Of a stretch of DNA of 64,000 nucleotides, positions 1 through 11,354 are shown piece by piece (within the stretch, counting starts at the first letter, position 1; each line of letters begins with the position of its first letter). The translations under genes were made by a program, and so were the position numbers. The notes under the pieces are model-generated. The model was not told the DNA's origin, ran no database searches, and saw only the letters and a list, made by a program, of their open reading frames with translations. Source of the stretch: an uncultured Desulfobacterales bacterium (lineage in GTDB: Bacteria > Desulfobacterota > Desulfobacteria > Desulfobacterales > UBA11574); the NCBI GenBank assembly GCA_937998305.1, contig CALLDL010000120.1, forward strand, positions 6,554 to 70,553, written 5' to 3'.

Positions 1-3000
1 TAATAGGTGGAGCCGCCTTTGGTCATGGCAACGGGCGTTCGGCCGTCTGCATACTCAAATCGCATGAGGAGGTTGTCGCTGCCGTCATAAACTGCCAATA
101 GTCGAGTTAACCCCTGCCAGAGATATTTTTCAGTGATGACACCATTAATCTTTTTCACGATCCTTCTGCCTAATGGATCATGGACATGTTCGATGATCCG
201 ACCATCAGGGAGCGTAACGCTCAAAAGCTCCCCACGAGAGGAATAGTCATAAGTGGTGACATCTGATCCGTCGGTCTTGGCCGCTAAAAATCCGTCCAGG
301 TTATAAGAATAAATTACAGAGCCTGCGGTTAACAGATGATCTTCGTCGTCGTAGGAAAAACTCTTTCCGGCAACCCCTCGTAATGTATTCATCTCATAAA
401 TGCGAGTTCCATTGGCATCGTATTGATATTCTTCAATCAGCGTGCTGTTTTTGGTTACCGTTCGCAGCCGCCCCATGGCATCATAGGTGTAGATGTAATC
501 GGAAGATGTACTGCCGACAGTTTCTGACTTATTCGTTATACTTCCATTATTATCCCTAATAAGATTCCATGAGGTTGAGTTTTGGCTATTTATAGTAAAG
601 TCCTGTCCATCTATTTCGCCATAGCCATTAAAACTACGGCTCAGGTTCAGTGAACCTCCGGTTACGGACTCGGGAAGTCCATTTTGAGCATTGCGGGTGA
701 TAGCGAAACTGCCGGCACCGGTTAAAAGCCTGTCGTTGTCGTATGTGTAATTAACAGTATTGCTCGCATAGGTGAAGCATGTTAGGTCAAAATCATCGTT
801 ATAGGTGTAGCCAAAGGTCTGGTTTAACGTACCGCTCAAGGTTTCGAACGTAACAAGTTTTCCATCATATCCATACGTAATCGATTCAGATCCCTTTGTG
901 ATCGAACCCACCTTTGTACTACATAGATAGGCAAAATCGATATTGCCTTCCGGGGTCTGGATCTGAGAAAGTCGTGTTGTATCATAGATATTTTTGATCT
1001 GGTTTCCGGAAGGAAAGTTGGTTTGTTTCAGTCTCCTGTCCTTGTCATACACATAACTGTAGCTGCCGTTCAACGGGGTCTGGTATGCGTTGTTCAGATT
1101 GACCTTGTTATAACCAAACCCGTGATTGATGTTTGATGGATTGGTTAACACGGTCATGTTGCCGTTTTTGTTGTAGGTTAAACCTATAGAGCTTCCATCT
1201 GGGCGGTTGATTCCGGTCATTCTGCCCACTGCATCACAACTGTAACTTGTTATGTAGTTCTCCGGATCGGTAATGGATTCCAGAAATCCTTGTGCATTAT
1301 AAGTAAGGTCGGTCCCTCTGGTATTGGTATCCACAGACGTCAGCCTTCCTCTGGTATCATACCCGTAGGCCGTATCAAAAAGACCGGGTATGCTCATACT
1401 TTCTGTCACCAGTGTTGAAGGATCATAAAGCATGGTTATTGTTCTTCCTTCAGGAGACGTCACCGTTTTTTGAGATTTGAGAACGTTATTCTCAAACGTC
1501 GTCGACTTGCCGTTAACTGTCACCGTTTCGGTAATCAGATCCGGAATGTCGTCCGTATCCGTATCCTGGTATGTCTTATCCCTGAGTGTAACCTTCTCCA
1601 GGGCGGAAGGCGTGGTTTCCATCATTTCTTTAACAAATTTAAATTTGTACTCAGAATCAAGGCCATATTTAAATTCAAGATCCATACCGCAGGGAAGGGT
1701 TTTATTCACGGTCAACCCATCGCCTGATTCACTAAACAGAGCCTGAGAGCCTGTAGGATCGTTAATGGTGGAAGTGTAAGCCCCGGTTGAGTATGTGTAA
1801 TCCAAGTAAGAGGTAAGGTTTCCTTCTCCGGTGAGCACCTCTGTTAGAATATCGCCATTTGCAGAGGCCGTTCTGCTGAATTGCCAGTGTCCGCCTTCCT
1901 GATCTATAGCATCCGTCAACTTTCCGTTGGAATCAAACACATGTTCAAATCGATTTGCTTCAGGCTCTATCTTGGCTGTCATCAGCCCGTCAGGGGTGTA
2001 CTCAAAGCTGTAGAAACTGCCTTCCGGATAGGTGATGCGGGTAAGATGGTTATCGGCTTCTATGGTTAACTGGGTCGTGAGACCATCGAGAGAAGTAATC
2101 GATGTCGGCACACCGTTTCCGTTCCGATTGATTGTGGTTTGGTTGCCAAATTGATCGGTGATGTAGATCAGATTGTTGTTTTCGTCATAGCCGAATTCAT
2201 GTATTATAGCTCCCGTATCAAGGTCGATGGTGGTTTTGTGAAGACTATCACTGGACATGATATGCCCCAGACCATTCTCCTCTGCAAAGGGGATGTCTCC
2301 GCCGACCATTGAGGCTGCAAAAACAGAGGGTGGTCCTACCTTTCGGATGCGGGAGCTATCAACGATAAATATATTTCCCGCGCTATCCGTCGCTAATCCT
2401 CTAGGATCGAAACCCGCATCCGTGGCAGGGCCGCCGTCTCCGCTAAAACCACCGTATCCATTTCCTGCCACGGTGGTGATAATACCACTGGTGTCTACCC
2501 TTCTGATGCGGTAGTTCGATTGATCAGCGATAAATATATTTCCGGCGTTATCCACTGCTACTCCATATGGCATACTAAGACTTGCATTCGTGGCAGGGCC
2601 GCCGTCTCCGCTAAAACCATCGTATCCATTCCCCGCCACGGTGGTAATAATACCGCTGGTATTCACCTTTCGGACGCGGTGGTTAAACCAATCAGCGATA
2701 AATATATTTCCGGCGCTATCCATCGCTAATCCTCTAGGATTGAAACCCGCATCCGTTGCAGGGCCGCCGTCTCCGCTAAAACCATCGTATCCATTCCCCG
2801 CCACGGTCGTGATAATACCGCTGGTGTCCACCTTTCTGATGCGGCGGTTATAGTAATCAAGGATAAATATATTTCCTGCGCTGTCTACTGCTACTCCACC
2901 AGGATCCAAACCTGCATCCGTGGCAGGACCGCCGTCACCGCTAAAATCTCTGTTTCCATTCCCCGCCACGGTTGTGATAATACCGTTGGTGTCCACTTTT

Positions 3001-6000
3001 CGGATGCGTTTGTTAAACCAACACGCGATAAATATATTTCCTGCGCTATCTACCGCTACTCCTCTAGGATCGAAACCCGCATCCGTTGCAGGGCCGCCGT
3101 CGCCGCTGTAATCCCAGGTTCCATTTCCAGCCACGGTAGTGATAATACCACTGGTGTCTACCTTTCGGATGCGGCGGTTACTGGTATCAACGATAAATAT
3201 ATTTCCTGCGCTATCCACTGCTACTCCAAAAGGTTTATTAAGACTCGCATTCACGGCAGGGCCGCCGTCGCCGCTAAAACCATCGTATCCATTCCCAGCC
3301 AAGGTTTTAATGATGAGAATATTATTCGTAATTATTGTTCCGTCGCCCTTATTCAGGATAGACAAATTCATGGGACTGACTTTATGGTGGGAAGAAAAGG
3401 TCCAACCCTCTGCGATGACTCCCCTGCCCCTGACTTCGGAGTAAACAGTTAGATTGCTGTGCTTCCAGGAGATCAATTCCTGCCTGGCTATGATTGCTGT
3501 AATCTCGCTCCCAGCCCGAGCGAATGCCCGGCCGAGATTACTTGCCAGATAGTATACTGCATCGTAAAGAAAACCCACACTAATGCAGGCAACTACGGGA
3601 CCCCTGACCGGTTTTCCTAAATGGTCCAACCTGTCCCAGACAAATTCCGTTTTCTGATTGGGCAGAGGGTTTAATATCTGTTCAAATATACGACCCGCCA
3701 CCTCAATCTTTACAATTATACTTTTGAGGCTGGCGGGGATCGTTTCCCCGCTGGCAGGAACGGATATAGCGGTCTTGTAACCTTCTACCCGGTTGTTGGC
3801 ATAATGAAGGATAGTATCCGTGCCGGGAATGGGAACGTCTTCGTGGAATATCCGGCTTCTTTCTTCAACAAAGGAGCCAGTGTGCGATTGACAGTTTTTT
3901 GGTTCTTCGGTTTGCTGGTCTGCTGTCGGCATTCCCTCCGGGTTCGCGGGTATGGCATCTGCCGGGGGCCCATAAGGCCAATTGCAGTCCCAGGGGGTAA
4001 AATGGGTTACAGCCACTCGCCAGAAAGTGGAATCCGGTTGGTATGTCCCGGCATCGTTTAAGCCCGAAACTTCGTCACTGAATAATCCATTATCGTTAAG
4101 ATCCTCGGGTTGATCATCTCCATCTGCATCCATAGCATCCACAATGCCGTCCGAATTCGTATCGAGAAGTTTCACAACAACACCGTTATCCGAGGGTACC
4201 CATACACCTCTGTCCCGATCGTAGTAGCCCACAGGGACAACCATCCCCACATCGAATCCAAGGAAATTATCCACCCATATCGTCACTGGTTTTTCAAACC
4301 GAACCCTTTGCGCGCCATCCACGCTAAGTTCTGCACAATATGTGTATGCAGACGTGGGCGGCAAGACAGCCGGCATGGACTCAGGGGTCGTATACTCGGT
4401 GGCCCTGGTGATGATGGTGGTCAGCTCTTGAACATCATTGCCGTTTTCATCCACCAGATAGGCATGGTTATCTCCGGTAAAAACCATGGTCGCAGACCGG
4501 CTCCCGAATTCGTCGGTCACTTGCGTACTCTGGTGCGTAACCACCGTGTCCGGGTTGCCGTCAAAGGTGATGGTGGTGGCGATCGGGTCCTGGGTAATCA
4601 TCTGGATGGTCTCGGCAATGGCAATGTCGTTCCAGGGCACATAGACCTTCCGATGGGCAATTATAAAGCCATCCTTTTCATAGACGACGGTTAACGTCGT
4701 TCCGCCTTCAACCGGAAGGGAAAATCGACCCTGTGCATCGGTTGACACCGTGCCGTATTCCGGATGACCGTGCAGGGTCACGGAAACATCAGTTATGGGA
4801 GAATCGTCAATGGAACGAACCAGGCCGGTGATCAATGAAAATCGTTTGGAATCGTATTCATCCACCGTGGTATCGGTTGGAATCAGATCTTCATATTGTT
4901 CGCCGAAAGACCCTTCCGGCAGAGGCGCTGGATTCCCTGTCACCTGAATCTTCGCTTGTGCACTGTTTGAGCCGGTGGGACCGGTTACCGTGATGGTGTA
5001 GGTGGTGGTATGGTCCGGTGAAACCGTTGTCGAACCATTCAACGGTACGCTACCGACATCATTATCGATAAAGGCGCTTTGTGCTCTTTGAGAGTTCCAG
5101 GTCAGGGTTATCGATTCACCCTGAGAAATGCCCGCCGAAGCCGGGGTCATGGTTACGGTCGGGGGTGCGTTGGGATCGGTCACGGTGATGGTAACGTCAG
5201 CTGGGGCCGTGCCGCCGGGGCCGGTGGCGGTAATAGTGTATGTGGTGGTTTCTGAAGGTGATATTGACGTAGATGCATTGACTTCAACCGATCCGATACC
5301 CGGTTCGATTATGCAGGTACCTGCATGGGTGGAACTCCAGGTGAGGGTGGAGGATTCACCCAAAAGAATCGCTTCGGGATCGGCACCGATGCTAACGGTA
5401 GGCAAAGGTATGTTGACCGATACGGTGACGTTTTCAGTGGTTGTTCCGCCTGCGCCAACAGCGGTGAGCGTGTAGGTTGTGGTTTCGGCTGGAAAAACCT
5501 CATAAGACCCGTTTGGATCAACGCTCCCGATGCCTGGGTCTATGCTGATGTTGTCGGCATCGATAACATCCCAGGCCAACGTGCTGGATTCTCCTAGTGT
5601 AATGGTCTGCGGATCTGCGGAAAAAGTGATTTCCGGAGGCAGAGCAGGGGTTCCTTCTGCATTGATCGTTATCGTTACGGAAGCTTCTGGGGTTCCTATG
5701 AGGAAAACGGTGATAAAGTTAATGGATCGTAACGTTATTTCTTTTTCAAACACGATTTCGTCCCCGAATAAAAAATTCCGAAGGGGAACAAGTGTGGTGT
5801 TGAAAAGAATAAATCCGCCGCTGGTCGGCTGATCGGGGGTATTTTTGTTGATGGTGATAATGCCTTCTCCAGGATCTTCGACATTGAACTTATGAACCGA
5901 TGCGTGGATATGCCACTTTCCAATCTCAAAAGATTTTGGGCCGAATACAGTTTGATTGTCTGCATGAATCAATGACGGGAAGGCAGAACAAATGAACAAA

Positions 6001-6032
6001 AAGATGAAGAGACAACATACTTTTCTATACAT
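1..6032 (-). CDS. Large secreted teneurin-like protein (signal peptide, 3 Ig/PKD-like repeats, FN-plug-like domain, 6 NHL repeats, YD/RHS shell); 3' end lies beyond the window
   Basis: ATG at 6032 after GGAGG; starts MYRKVCCLFIFLFICSAFPSLIHA (signal peptide). Contains ESSTLxW..TTTYTxTAxG repeats, GRFSLPVEGG..HRKVYVPWND, six SGDGGPA..GVAVDSAGNIFIxD units and YD repeats. The same frame reads MRFEYADGRTPVAMTKGGSTY at the window edge. Absent from the ORF track, consistent with no stop codon inside the window. Confidence 0.9.
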   Translation of the reverse strand, partial: MYRKVCCLFIFLFICSAFPSLIHADNQTVFGPKSFEIGKWHIHASVHKFNVEDPGEGIITINKNTPDQPTSGGFILFNTTLVPLRNFLFGDEIVFEKEITLRSINFITVFLIGTPEASVTITINAEGTPALPPEITFSADPQTITLGESSTLAWDVIDADNISIDPGIGSVDPNGSYEVFPAETTTYTLTAVGAGGTTTENVTVSVNIPLPTVSIGADPEAILLGESSTLTWSSTHAGTCIIEPGIGSVEVNASTSISPSETTTYTITATGPGGTAPADVTITVTDPNAPPTVTMTPASAGISQGESITLTWNSQRAQSAFIDNDVGSVPLNGSTTVSPDHTTTYTITVTGPTGSNSAQAKIQVTGNPAPLPEGSFGEQYEDLIPTDTTVDEYDSKRFSLITGLVRSIDDSPITDVSVTLHGHPEYGTVSTDAQGRFSLPVEGGTTLTVVYEKDGFIIAHRKVYVPWNDIAIAETIQMITQDPIATTITFDGNPDTVVTHQSTQVTDEFGSRSATMVFTGDNHAYLVDENGNDVQELTTIITRATEYTTPESMPAVLPPTSAYTYCAELSVDGAQRVRFEKPVTIWVDNFLGFDVGMVVPVGYYDRDRGVWVPSDNGVVVKLLDTNSDGIVDAMDADGDDQPEDLNDNGLFSDEVSGLNDAGTYQPDSTFWRVAVTHFTPWDCNWPYGPPADAIPANPEGMPTADQQTEEPKNCQSHTGSFVEERSRIFHEDVPIPGTDTILHYANNRVEGYKTAISVPASGETIPASLKSIIVKIEVAGRIFEQILNPLPNQKTEFVWDRLDHLGKPVRGPVVACISVGFLYDAVYYLASNLGRAFARAGSEITAIIARQELISWKHSNLTVYSEVRGRGVIAEGWTFSSHHKVSPMNLSILNKGDGTIITNNILIIKTLAGNGYDGFSGDGGPAVNASLNKPFGVAVDSAGNIFIVDTSNRRIRKVDTSGIITTVAGNGTWDYSGDGGPATDAGFDPRGVAVDSAGNIFIACWFNKRIRKVDTNGIITTVAGNGNRDFSGDGGPATDAGLDPGGVAVDSAGNIFILDYYNRRIRKVDTSGIITTVAGNGYDGFSGDGGPATDAGFNPRGLAMDSAGNIFIADWFNHRVRKVNTSGIITTVAGNGYDGFSGDGGPATNASLSMPYGVAVDNAGNIFIADQSNYRIRRVDTSGIITTVAGNGYGGFSGDGGPATDAGFDPRGLATDSAGNIFIVDSSRIRKVGPPSVFAASMVGGDIPFAEENGLGHIMSSDSLHKTTIDLDTGAIIHEFGYDENNNLIYITDQFGNQTTINRNGNGVPTSITSLDGLTTQLTIEADNHLTRITYPEGSFYSFEYTPDGLMTAKIEPEANRFEHVFDSNGKLTDAIDQEGGHWQFSRTASANGDILTEVLTGEGNLTSYLDYTYSTGAYTSTINDPTGSQALFSESGDGLTVNKTLPCGMDLEFKYGLDSEYKFKFVKEMMETTPSALEKVTLRDKTYQDTDTDDIPDLITETVTVNGKSTTFENNVLKSQKTVTSPEGRTITMLYDPSTLVTESMSIPGLFDTAYGYDTRGRLTSVDTNTRGTDLTYNAQGFLESITDPENYITSYSCDAVGRMTGINRPDGSSIGLTYNKNGNMTVLTNPSNINHGFGYNKVNLNNAYQTPLNGSYSYVYDKDRRLKQTNFPSGNQIKNIYDTTRLSQIQTPEGNIDFAYLCSTKVGSITKGSESITYGYDGKLVTFETLSGTLNQTFGYTYNDDFDLTCFTYASNTVNYTYDNDRLLTGAGSFAITRNAQNGLPESVTGGSLNLSRSFNGYGEIDGQDFTINSQNSTSWNLIRDNNGSITNKSETVGSTSSDYIYTYDAMGRLRTVTKNSTLIEEYQYDANGTRIYEMNTLRGVAGKSFSYDDEDHLLTAGSVIYSYNLDGFLAAKTDGSDVTTYDYSSRGELLSVTLPDGRIIEHVHDPLGRRIVKKINGVITEKYLWQGLTRLLAVYDGSDNLLMRFEYADGRTPVAMTKGGSTY
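2330..3305 (-). repeat. Six ~165-168 bp coding tandem repeats (NHL beta-propeller blades)
   Basis: Recurrent GGGCCGCCGTCTCCGCTAAAACCATCGTATCCATT and GATAAATATATTTCC motifs near 2430, 2598, 2763, 2928, 3093 and 3261. Confidence 0.9.
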
Positions 6033-6094
6033 GGCGAACCTCCGGATGATGTTTGGCACTTCAACACAATTTCAATCTCGCGGAAATGTTTATG

Positions 6095-6111
6095 AGCAAC
6101 GTCCATGCCAA
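6095..6111 (-). promoter_or_regulatory. Sigma-54 (-24/-12) promoter of the teneurin-like gene
   Basis: Minus strand reads TTGGCATGGACGTTGCT: GG-N10-GC with consensus flanks, about 60 bp upstream of the ATG. Confidence 0.75.
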
Positions 6112-6286
6112 AAAGAAAATTTCTTTTGAAACAGCGGCATTTGAAACAGATTTTTTAATCCAAAACTCTTCGCAATCAGTGCCTTGAAAAGGGTTCAGGT
6201 GGCCCTGAAAAAAATTGCACTTTTTAGAAAAATGAATGGATCAGATGAGAGGGAAAGGTTTTAGAAAAGAAAATCAAACAGAGATT

Positions 6287-6326
6287 TGCACACAAAGCTG
6301 TGCAGCAATGCACAGCTTTGTGTGCA
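6287..6326. promoter_or_regulatory. Perfect 18-bp inverted repeat made of two TGCAC-N8-GTGCA boxes; candidate enhancer-binding-protein site
   Basis: TGCACACAAAGCTGTGCA-GCAA-TGCACAGCTTTGTGTGCA, about 180-215 bp upstream of the sigma-54 promoter; no U-tract. Confidence 0.55.
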
Positions 6327-6420
6327 TTCTGATAAAGGGTGTGAAGCAGAAAATAGAAAATACTTTTGGGAAAGACTGTTTTTTAGACGTTGAATGAAAA
6401 GATCAATTTTGAGGGAAAAT

Positions 6421-6457
6421 AAAAAAAGCGGATGGCCGTTTTAACGACCATCCGCTT
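6421..6457 (-). terminator. Rho-independent terminator
   Basis: AAGCGGATGG..CCATCCGCTT hairpin followed by a T-run on the minus strand, just after the stop at 6484. Confidence 0.75.
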
Positions 6458-6483
6458 ATTAACAATGGGTTACAATCAATCAA

Positions 6484-7674
6484 TTAGCCGTGCGGCTTTC
6501 CGTGTGGTGCAGGTGCCGCGGGTGCCGGAGATTTTGTTTTGGCTGGCGGTACGGGTGCCGGTGATTTTGTCGCTGTCTTTTTTGCTTTTAGTGCTGCGAT
6601 GTGTTTATCCACAACAGCTATTTTTTGGTGGATCAAATCAAGCTGTATATCATCGATATCCAACCGCGAAGCTTCGGAAAGATATCCTTTTGCCTCTTTA
6701 AGGTCAGAAAGGGTGGATTTGCTGGCTGCCACATCTGCCTTGTACAAAAGAATCATCAGATCGATGTTGCTCAAGCGCCTAAAAACGATGTCTTTGGAGG
6801 CCGGTGTTACGGCATACGGTGACGCTTTATTTATATACGTTTTAATTCCTTCAAAATCCGGCAGGCCTGGAACCTTCAATAGGGTGTCAGCCTTTTCCAC
6901 ATAATAGTTGAAAATAATTGGGTAAACATCTGTTTTGGAATAAATGTCTTTGGCTTTTTCAGGTGCCTGGACACCGGGCAGCGAGATCAAAAGTTTTTCG
7001 CCCATGGGAGCAAAACTTCCCTGAAAGACTTCTATTGCACCGTCTGTGGAATGGATATAATATTTACCCTGGTTGATCATGCTGCTGCCGATAACAAGTG
7101 CGATAAGGACTGCAAAAGCGGCAGCCAGATATTTCATTCCCTTTTCCATGGGATCAGATGGAATGGTGTCGTCGGAATCGGGTGGTTCATATGATACCGA
7201 AACTTCAGGTTCTGCGGTCTTTTCAGCAGCAGCCTTTTCGCCGGCAGCCTTAATCTCCGCCAGATCATATTTTTTCAGCAGGAGTTCTTTGATTCGCTTC
7301 TGTTCTTCTTCCGGGCCCGAGACAAAGGGCGGTGCCGTAAAATCCTTGGCATCTCCTTTATCCGGAGCGACGGCGTAAAATTTTTCCGGTTTCCACACAG
7401 GAAATTTTTTCTTAAGAAGATCTTTCACAGAAACCGGTTTCTTTTTTGGGGCAGGAGCGGCTTTGGGCTTTGCAACGGCCTTGGCCTTTGCAGCAACTTT
7501 GGCCTTTGGAGCGGCTTTGGCTTTAGCGGCAGTTTTGGCCTTTGGTGCAGCCTTGGTTTTAGCAGCAACTTTGGCCTTAGCAGTGGCTTTGGCTGCGGCC
7601 TTTTTTGCTGTTTTTTTCTTTGCGGCGCTTTTTTTCCCTTTGGTCGTTGATTTAACTAAGCTGTTTTTTCCCAT
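6484..7674 (-). CDS. Membrane-anchored protein with histone H1-like Lys/Ala-rich N-terminus (TolA-like low complexity)
   Basis: 396 aa; N-terminal AKAKAAPK-type repeats, one TM helix (YLAAAFAVLIALVIGSS), helical C-terminal domain and Pro/Ala tail. Confidence 0.8.
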   Translation of the reverse strand: MGKNSLVKSTTKGKKSAAKKKTAKKAAAKATAKAKVAAKTKAAPKAKTAAKAKAAPKAKVAAKAKAVAKPKAAPAPKKKPVSVKDLLKKKFPVWKPEKFYAVAPDKGDAKDFTAPPFVSGPEEEQKRIKELLLKKYDLAEIKAAGEKAAAEKTAEPEVSVSYEPPDSDDTIPSDPMEKGMKYLAAAFAVLIALVIGSSMINQGKYYIHSTDGAIEVFQGSFAPMGEKLLISLPGVQAPEKAKDIYSKTDVYPIIFNYYVEKADTLLKVPGLPDFEGIKTYINKASPYAVTPASKDIVFRRLSNIDLMILLYKADVAASKSTLSDLKEAKGYLSEASRLDIDDIQLDLIHQKIAVVDKHIAALKAKKTATKSPAPVPPAKTKSPAPAAPAPHGKPHG

Positions 7675-7881
7675 AAAAAACCTCTTTGAAATTGTTTTTG
7701 TTTTTTCCCATAAAATGTAAAATATGTTATATTAAGAAAGATTTTTATATATGAATCTACATGTTTTGTAAACATTTTTTTACTGGACGAATTCAGACTT
7801 TTTTATTCGTTCAATTTGTTTTATAAATGGGCGTTATGGGTGATATCCTATTGCGAAAGGAACTTGAGAGAAAATAAAAAT

Positions 7882-8700
7882 ATGGAAACAAATAGCGTGA
7901 TCAAAAAAAAAGATCATCTGCGTTCAATCTTGAAAGGATATGGATCTCTTCTTGTGGCATATTCAGGCGGGGTTGACAGCTCCTTTTTGCTGGCAGTGGC
8001 ACATGAAGCGCTGAATAAAAATCTCCTTGCCGTCACCTCAGCGTCGCCGCTTCACCCGGAAAGGGAGATCCGCGAAGCAATCGATTTTGCAAAATTGCTG
8101 GGTGTGGAGCACATGGTCATTCAATCCAGGGAAATGCAACGGGGTGACTTTATATCCAACACAAAAGAGCGGTGCTACCTGTGCAAAAAATACCTTATAG
8201 AGGAATTGTTGAAAATCTCAAATCATAGGAACATTCAGCATGTGGCCCATGGCGCAAATATCGATGATTTAAGCGATTATCGACCCGGATTCGCCGCGGC
8301 TCAAGAAATGGGAATCAAAGCGCCGTTGGTGGATGCGGGACTGACAAAAAACGACATCCGCCGGCTTTCAAAGCAGATGAATTTAATCACCTGGAACAAG
8401 CCGCCAATGGCATGTCTTGCCACAAGAATTCCATATGGAACATCAATCACCATAAAAGACCTTAAAATGATAGAACAGGCTGAACAGGTTTTAACAAACA
8501 TTGGTTTCACAGGATGCCGGGTTAGAGTGCATGACAAGGTTGCCAGGATCGAGGTCGATGCCGGAGATATTGAAAGAATCATCGATCGAAAGACAAGATC
8601 TCTCATTGTAGAAAAATTGAGAAAAATCGGGTTTATTCATGTGGCGGTTGATCTGGAGGGGTATTGTCAGGGGAGTATGAACAGGGCTTTAAAGCTTTGA
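7882..8700 (+). CDS. larE: LarE-family ATP-dependent sulfur transferase
   Basis: PP-loop AYSGGVDS, RCYLCK, DYRPG, ACLATRIPYG; ATG 7882 preferred over TTG 7816. Confidence 0.88.
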   Translation: METNSVIKKKDHLRSILKGYGSLLVAYSGGVDSSFLLAVAHEALNKNLLAVTSASPLHPEREIREAIDFAKLLGVEHMVIQSREMQRGDFISNTKERCYLCKKYLIEELLKISNHRNIQHVAHGANIDDLSDYRPGFAAAQEMGIKAPLVDAGLTKNDIRRLSKQMNLITWNKPPMACLATRIPYGTSITIKDLKMIEQAEQVLTNIGFTGCRVRVHDKVARIEVDAGDIERIIDRKTRSLIVEKLRKIGFIHVAVDLEGYCQGSMNRALKL

Positions 8701-8748
8701 GACCTTTGAAAAACGGTCCTTTTTTCTCTATGTTAAATAAGTTGCAGC

Positions 8749-10437
<1,689 letters not shown>

Positions 10438-10473
10438 TTATTCTTTTTAGGGTTTAATACCCCGCGGAGCAGT

Positions 10474-11316
10474 TCATTTATATATTTTTTTGAATTCGTC
10501 TATGGTTTTTTGAACTTCATCCAGTTCCTCTTTATCCCCATTTTTCGGTTCAGCAGGAGCATCCTGGGGATAAAGCGATTTAAGTTGTTGAATATCAAAT
10601 AAATCTGCTTGGAAAGAAGGGTTCACCTTAATGTCCTGAACATGGATTTCACGGACCAGGTTACCATTTGAAAAAAATTCGATACGCATTGGATACCAGG
10701 TCCGATTCAATTTTTTCCAATCAAGATACAAAACTTCCAAGTTTTGTGTTGCGTTGCCGGTTATTATCCAGCGAAAAGGGAGGAATGTTTTCTTGTCCAG
10801 CCATACTTGAGGCAGGGTTTCATCCGGATATTGGGCGCCTAAAACGTAAGCCGGCCTGCCTTGAAAACGACCAAAGCTTGTAACCTTTACATCCACACCA
10901 AGATTTGACAACCGTTCTTGAAGAATTTCTCTGGATCTAAACAGGATAAGATCCTTGTAATGATCATAGGAATTTTCAGGTTCATCTGAAATTTTTCCAT
11001 CAACAACCGTGAATACGCTGCGATCTGATAAGATGCGAATTCTTTGAATATTTTCCGAGACGATGTCCGAACGGAATGTTTTCGGGAACTTGAACTTTAA
11101 GGTTTCACTGAGTTCATCAGCACTCATGTTCGGGTTGTCATCATGTAGAACCAGTTTTTGAGTTACCAAGAGACGGTTGGCAATACCGAGATTTTGGGTC
11201 ATTAATTTCAAAAGGTAAGGGCCTGGCAGAACATAGGCATGTAGAGAGACCTGCTGAAATCCTAATGTTGCAAGGAAGAAAAAAATGGCTAACGATTTTC
11301 TCAGAAAGTATTGCAT
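10474..11316 (-). CDS. Exported LolA-like/outer-membrane lipoprotein-sorting fold protein
   Basis: Signal peptide; QVWLDKKTFLPFRW and WYPMRIEF..IKVNPSFQADLFD pattern typical of LolA-like proteins. Confidence 0.6.
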   Translation of the reverse strand: MQYFLRKSLAIFFFLATLGFQQVSLHAYVLPGPYLLKLMTQNLGIANRLLVTQKLVLHDDNPNMSADELSETLKFKFPKTFRSDIVSENIQRIRILSDRSVFTVVDGKISDEPENSYDHYKDLILFRSREILQERLSNLGVDVKVTSFGRFQGRPAYVLGAQYPDETLPQVWLDKKTFLPFRWIITGNATQNLEVLYLDWKKLNRTWYPMRIEFFSNGNLVREIHVQDIKVNPSFQADLFDIQQLKSLYPQDAPAEPKNGDKEELDEVQKTIDEFKKIYK

Positions 11317-11354
11317 CCCAGTTTTAAAAACAACTACCTTTTTTAGAAGAACAC

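Noticed and set aside
2257-3444. Repeated plus-strand ORFs (AGPPSPLKP..) or a CRISPR-like array
   Set aside because: These are antisense shadows of the NHL repeats. The units are about 165 bp and coding, with no repeat-spacer structure and no cas genes.
7816-7881. Upstream start extensions in the ORF track (also 24965, 30462, 35472, 35961, 55400, 58227)
   Set aside because: They lack family similarity, overlap neighbouring genes or repeats, and better-placed downstream starts exist.
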